NCBI RefSeq assembly: GCF_002803295.2
Contig: NZ_PGGB02000001.1
Coordinates: 42,289-74,288, forward strand
Direction of reading: 5' to 3'
Source of the DNA: Caedibacter taeniospiralis
GTDB lineage: Bacteria; Pseudomonadota; Gammaproteobacteria; Francisellales; Francisellaceae
Length of the DNA stretch: 32,000 nt
Positions 30,914 to 32,000 of this stretch are shown here, piece after piece. Every line of letters starts with the position of its first letter. Position 1 is the stretch's first letter. The notes under the pieces are model-generated. The model was not told the origin of the DNA, did no database searches, and saw nothing but the letters and a program-made list of their open reading frames with translations. A program made the position numbers and the translations under genes.

Positions 30914-30925
30914 ACGAATTATAAT
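30898..30925 (+). promoter_or_regulatory. candidate sigma70 promoter for tRNA-Val (TTGTGA-16 nt-TATAAT)
   Basis: TTGTGA at 30898-30903, a 16-nt spacer, a consensus TATAAT at 30920-30925, then a GC-rich discriminator CCCCGCTCG. The tRNA starts at 30937. Confidence 0.5.
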
Positions 30926-30936
30926 CCCCGCTCGTT

Positions 30937-31014
30937 GGTCGCTTAGCTCAGTCTGGTTAGAGTACTACCTTGACATGGTAGGGGTCACTGGTTCGAGTCC
31001 AGTAGCGACCACCA
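30937..31014 (+). tRNA. tRNA-Val (anticodon GAC)
   Basis: GGTCGCTTAGCTCAGTCTGGTTAGAGTACTACCTTGACATGGTAGGGGTCACTGGTTCGAGTCCAGTAGCGACCACCA forms a cloverleaf with anticodon loop TTGACAT and an encoded CCA. Confidence 0.92.
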
Positions 31015-31162
31015 CCCTTCTTATTTTCATTGAATCTTTCCTCCGACTGTCATCAACGATAAACGCAGTTATTCTTGAGTTGCGAACATTTGCCACTAAC
31101 TGTCTGGTTTGTGACGAAGATATTAGATAATATCATCACTGATGACAACACAGCGAAAAATT

Positions 31163-31864
31163 ATGACAAACATCCTAGTAGTAGACGATGAACCTCCGAT
31201 ACGACAGTTATTGCGCTTGGTGTTGACGAGGCAGGGTTATCAAGTTGAAATTGCAGATTGCAGTGCTCAAGCATTCAGAATATTACAGAACAATTCATCT
31301 ATTGATCTTGTGCTTCTGGATTGGATGCTGCCTGATACTAGCGGCATTAAGCTATTGACTCAATTGCGAAGTTCTGAAGAGTTTGCTGAGTTACCTGTCA
31401 TTATGCTCACCGCTAAAGCAGAGGAAAGTAATGTGCTTCGGGGCTTTGGCATGGGAGCTGATGACTATATAACCAAACCTTTTTCGCCCAAAGAGCTGGT
31501 TATGCGTGTTCAGTCATTACTTAAACGTGTCAAACCCAAAGGCAAAGCAGAGAAAAAGCTGTGTTTTTATGAGCTATGTGTGAATTTAGAAAGTCATGAG
31601 CTCTGTATTAAAGACCAAGTAATTAAGTGTGGCAGACTCGAGTTTAAGCTTTTGGCATATTTGATCCAAAACATAGGAAAAACACTTTCAAGAGACCATA
31701 TTTTAATGCAGGTATGGCAAGCGGATAAGGATATTACAGCACGTACCGTTGATGTTCATATCACCAGAATCAGGAAGCTGCTTGCTCCTTTTGCTTACGA
31801 TCAATGTATCCGATCAGTCAGGGGGGAGGGCTATCAGTTGGTTGATAGGGAGCCAGTATGTTAG
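31163..31864 (+). CDS. phoB: OmpR/PhoB-family response regulator, PhoB-like
   Basis: ILVVDDEPPIR, LVLLDWMLPDTSG and GADDYITKPFSPKELVMRV in the receiver domain, plus a winged-helix C-terminus (TVDVHITRIRKLL, VRGEGYQL), parallel E. coli PhoB closely. The start is ATG 31163 or ATG 31142. Confidence 0.8.
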   Translation: MTNILVVDDEPPIRQLLRLVLTRQGYQVEIADCSAQAFRILQNNSSIDLVLLDWMLPDTSGIKLLTQLRSSEEFAELPVIMLTAKAEESNVLRGFGMGADDYITKPFSPKELVMRVQSLLKRVKPKGKAEKKLCFYELCVNLESHELCIKDQVIKCGRLEFKLLAYLIQNIGKTLSRDHILMQVWQADKDITARTVDVHITRIRKLLAPFAYDQCIRSVRGEGYQLVDREPVC

Positions 31865-32000
31865 CGCCAGAAGAGCCCAATAAAATTGGTTTGTTCTGGG
31901 CGAAAACTTTTGCTGAAGGGATTACTGATGCCGTCGTTCGCTGCGAGCCATGGATAGCGGAACGCGAGGGCGAGTAGACCCGGGTAGCCTTGCGCGTTGA

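Noticed and set aside
31941-31990. Possible homology between the GC-rich stretch after phoB and the 135-bp insert next to tRNA-His. The reverse complement of 22405-22465 shares GGATAGCG with similar flanks and a GCGAGG..CGAGT motif.
   Set aside because: Only about 13 of 17 ungapped matches around a single 8-mer, which could be chance for segments of this size. It needs a real alignment against genome-wide copies.

Overview
Mostly core housekeeping chromosome of a moderately AT-rich gammaproteobacterium. Gene content and order look Legionellales-like, but that is inference only. On the + strand: a 5'-truncated carrier-domain/FabH-like fusion gene, topA, folA, a monomeric-type isocitrate dehydrogenase, tRNA-Val and a PhoB-like response regulator. 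On the - strand: a HAD nucleotidase-like gene, an Rpn/PD-(D/E)XK putative transposase, and a complete colinear nuoA-N operon (14 genes, nuoC and nuoD separate). Upstream of nuoA on the - strand lie secG, tRNA-Leu(GAG), a decayed tpiA remnant and a five-tRNA operon (Phe-Pro-Arg-His-Leu). Also on the - strand are glnD, dcd, grxB and a KfrA-like DNA-binding protein. I found no CRISPR array, rRNA, prophage, toxin-antitoxin pair or recognisable defence locus, and no convincing new multi-gene system. The points worth a second look are non-coding or architectural. (1) A family of GC-rich, nested-palindromic MITE-like elements built from shared hairpin modules, with one copy between topA and the HAD gene and one inside the nuo operon between nuoF and nuoG. 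(2) A 34-nt group II intron domain V look-alike plus a domain VI-like hairpin just downstream of nuoN. (3) A biotinyl/lipoyl-type carrier domain fused to a KAS III condensing enzyme. (4) A tpiA pseudogene abutting the tRNA cluster, and a 25-bp duplication of the tRNA-His 5' end flanking a 135-bp insert. (5) secG, tRNA-Leu and nuoA packed with 13-nt and 18-nt spacers. (6) A perfect 19-bp inverted repeat upstream of icd. (7) A phoR-like start after the response regulator that aborts in a GC-rich stretch at the window edge. All protein calls rest on motif recognition by eye, and no database search was run.
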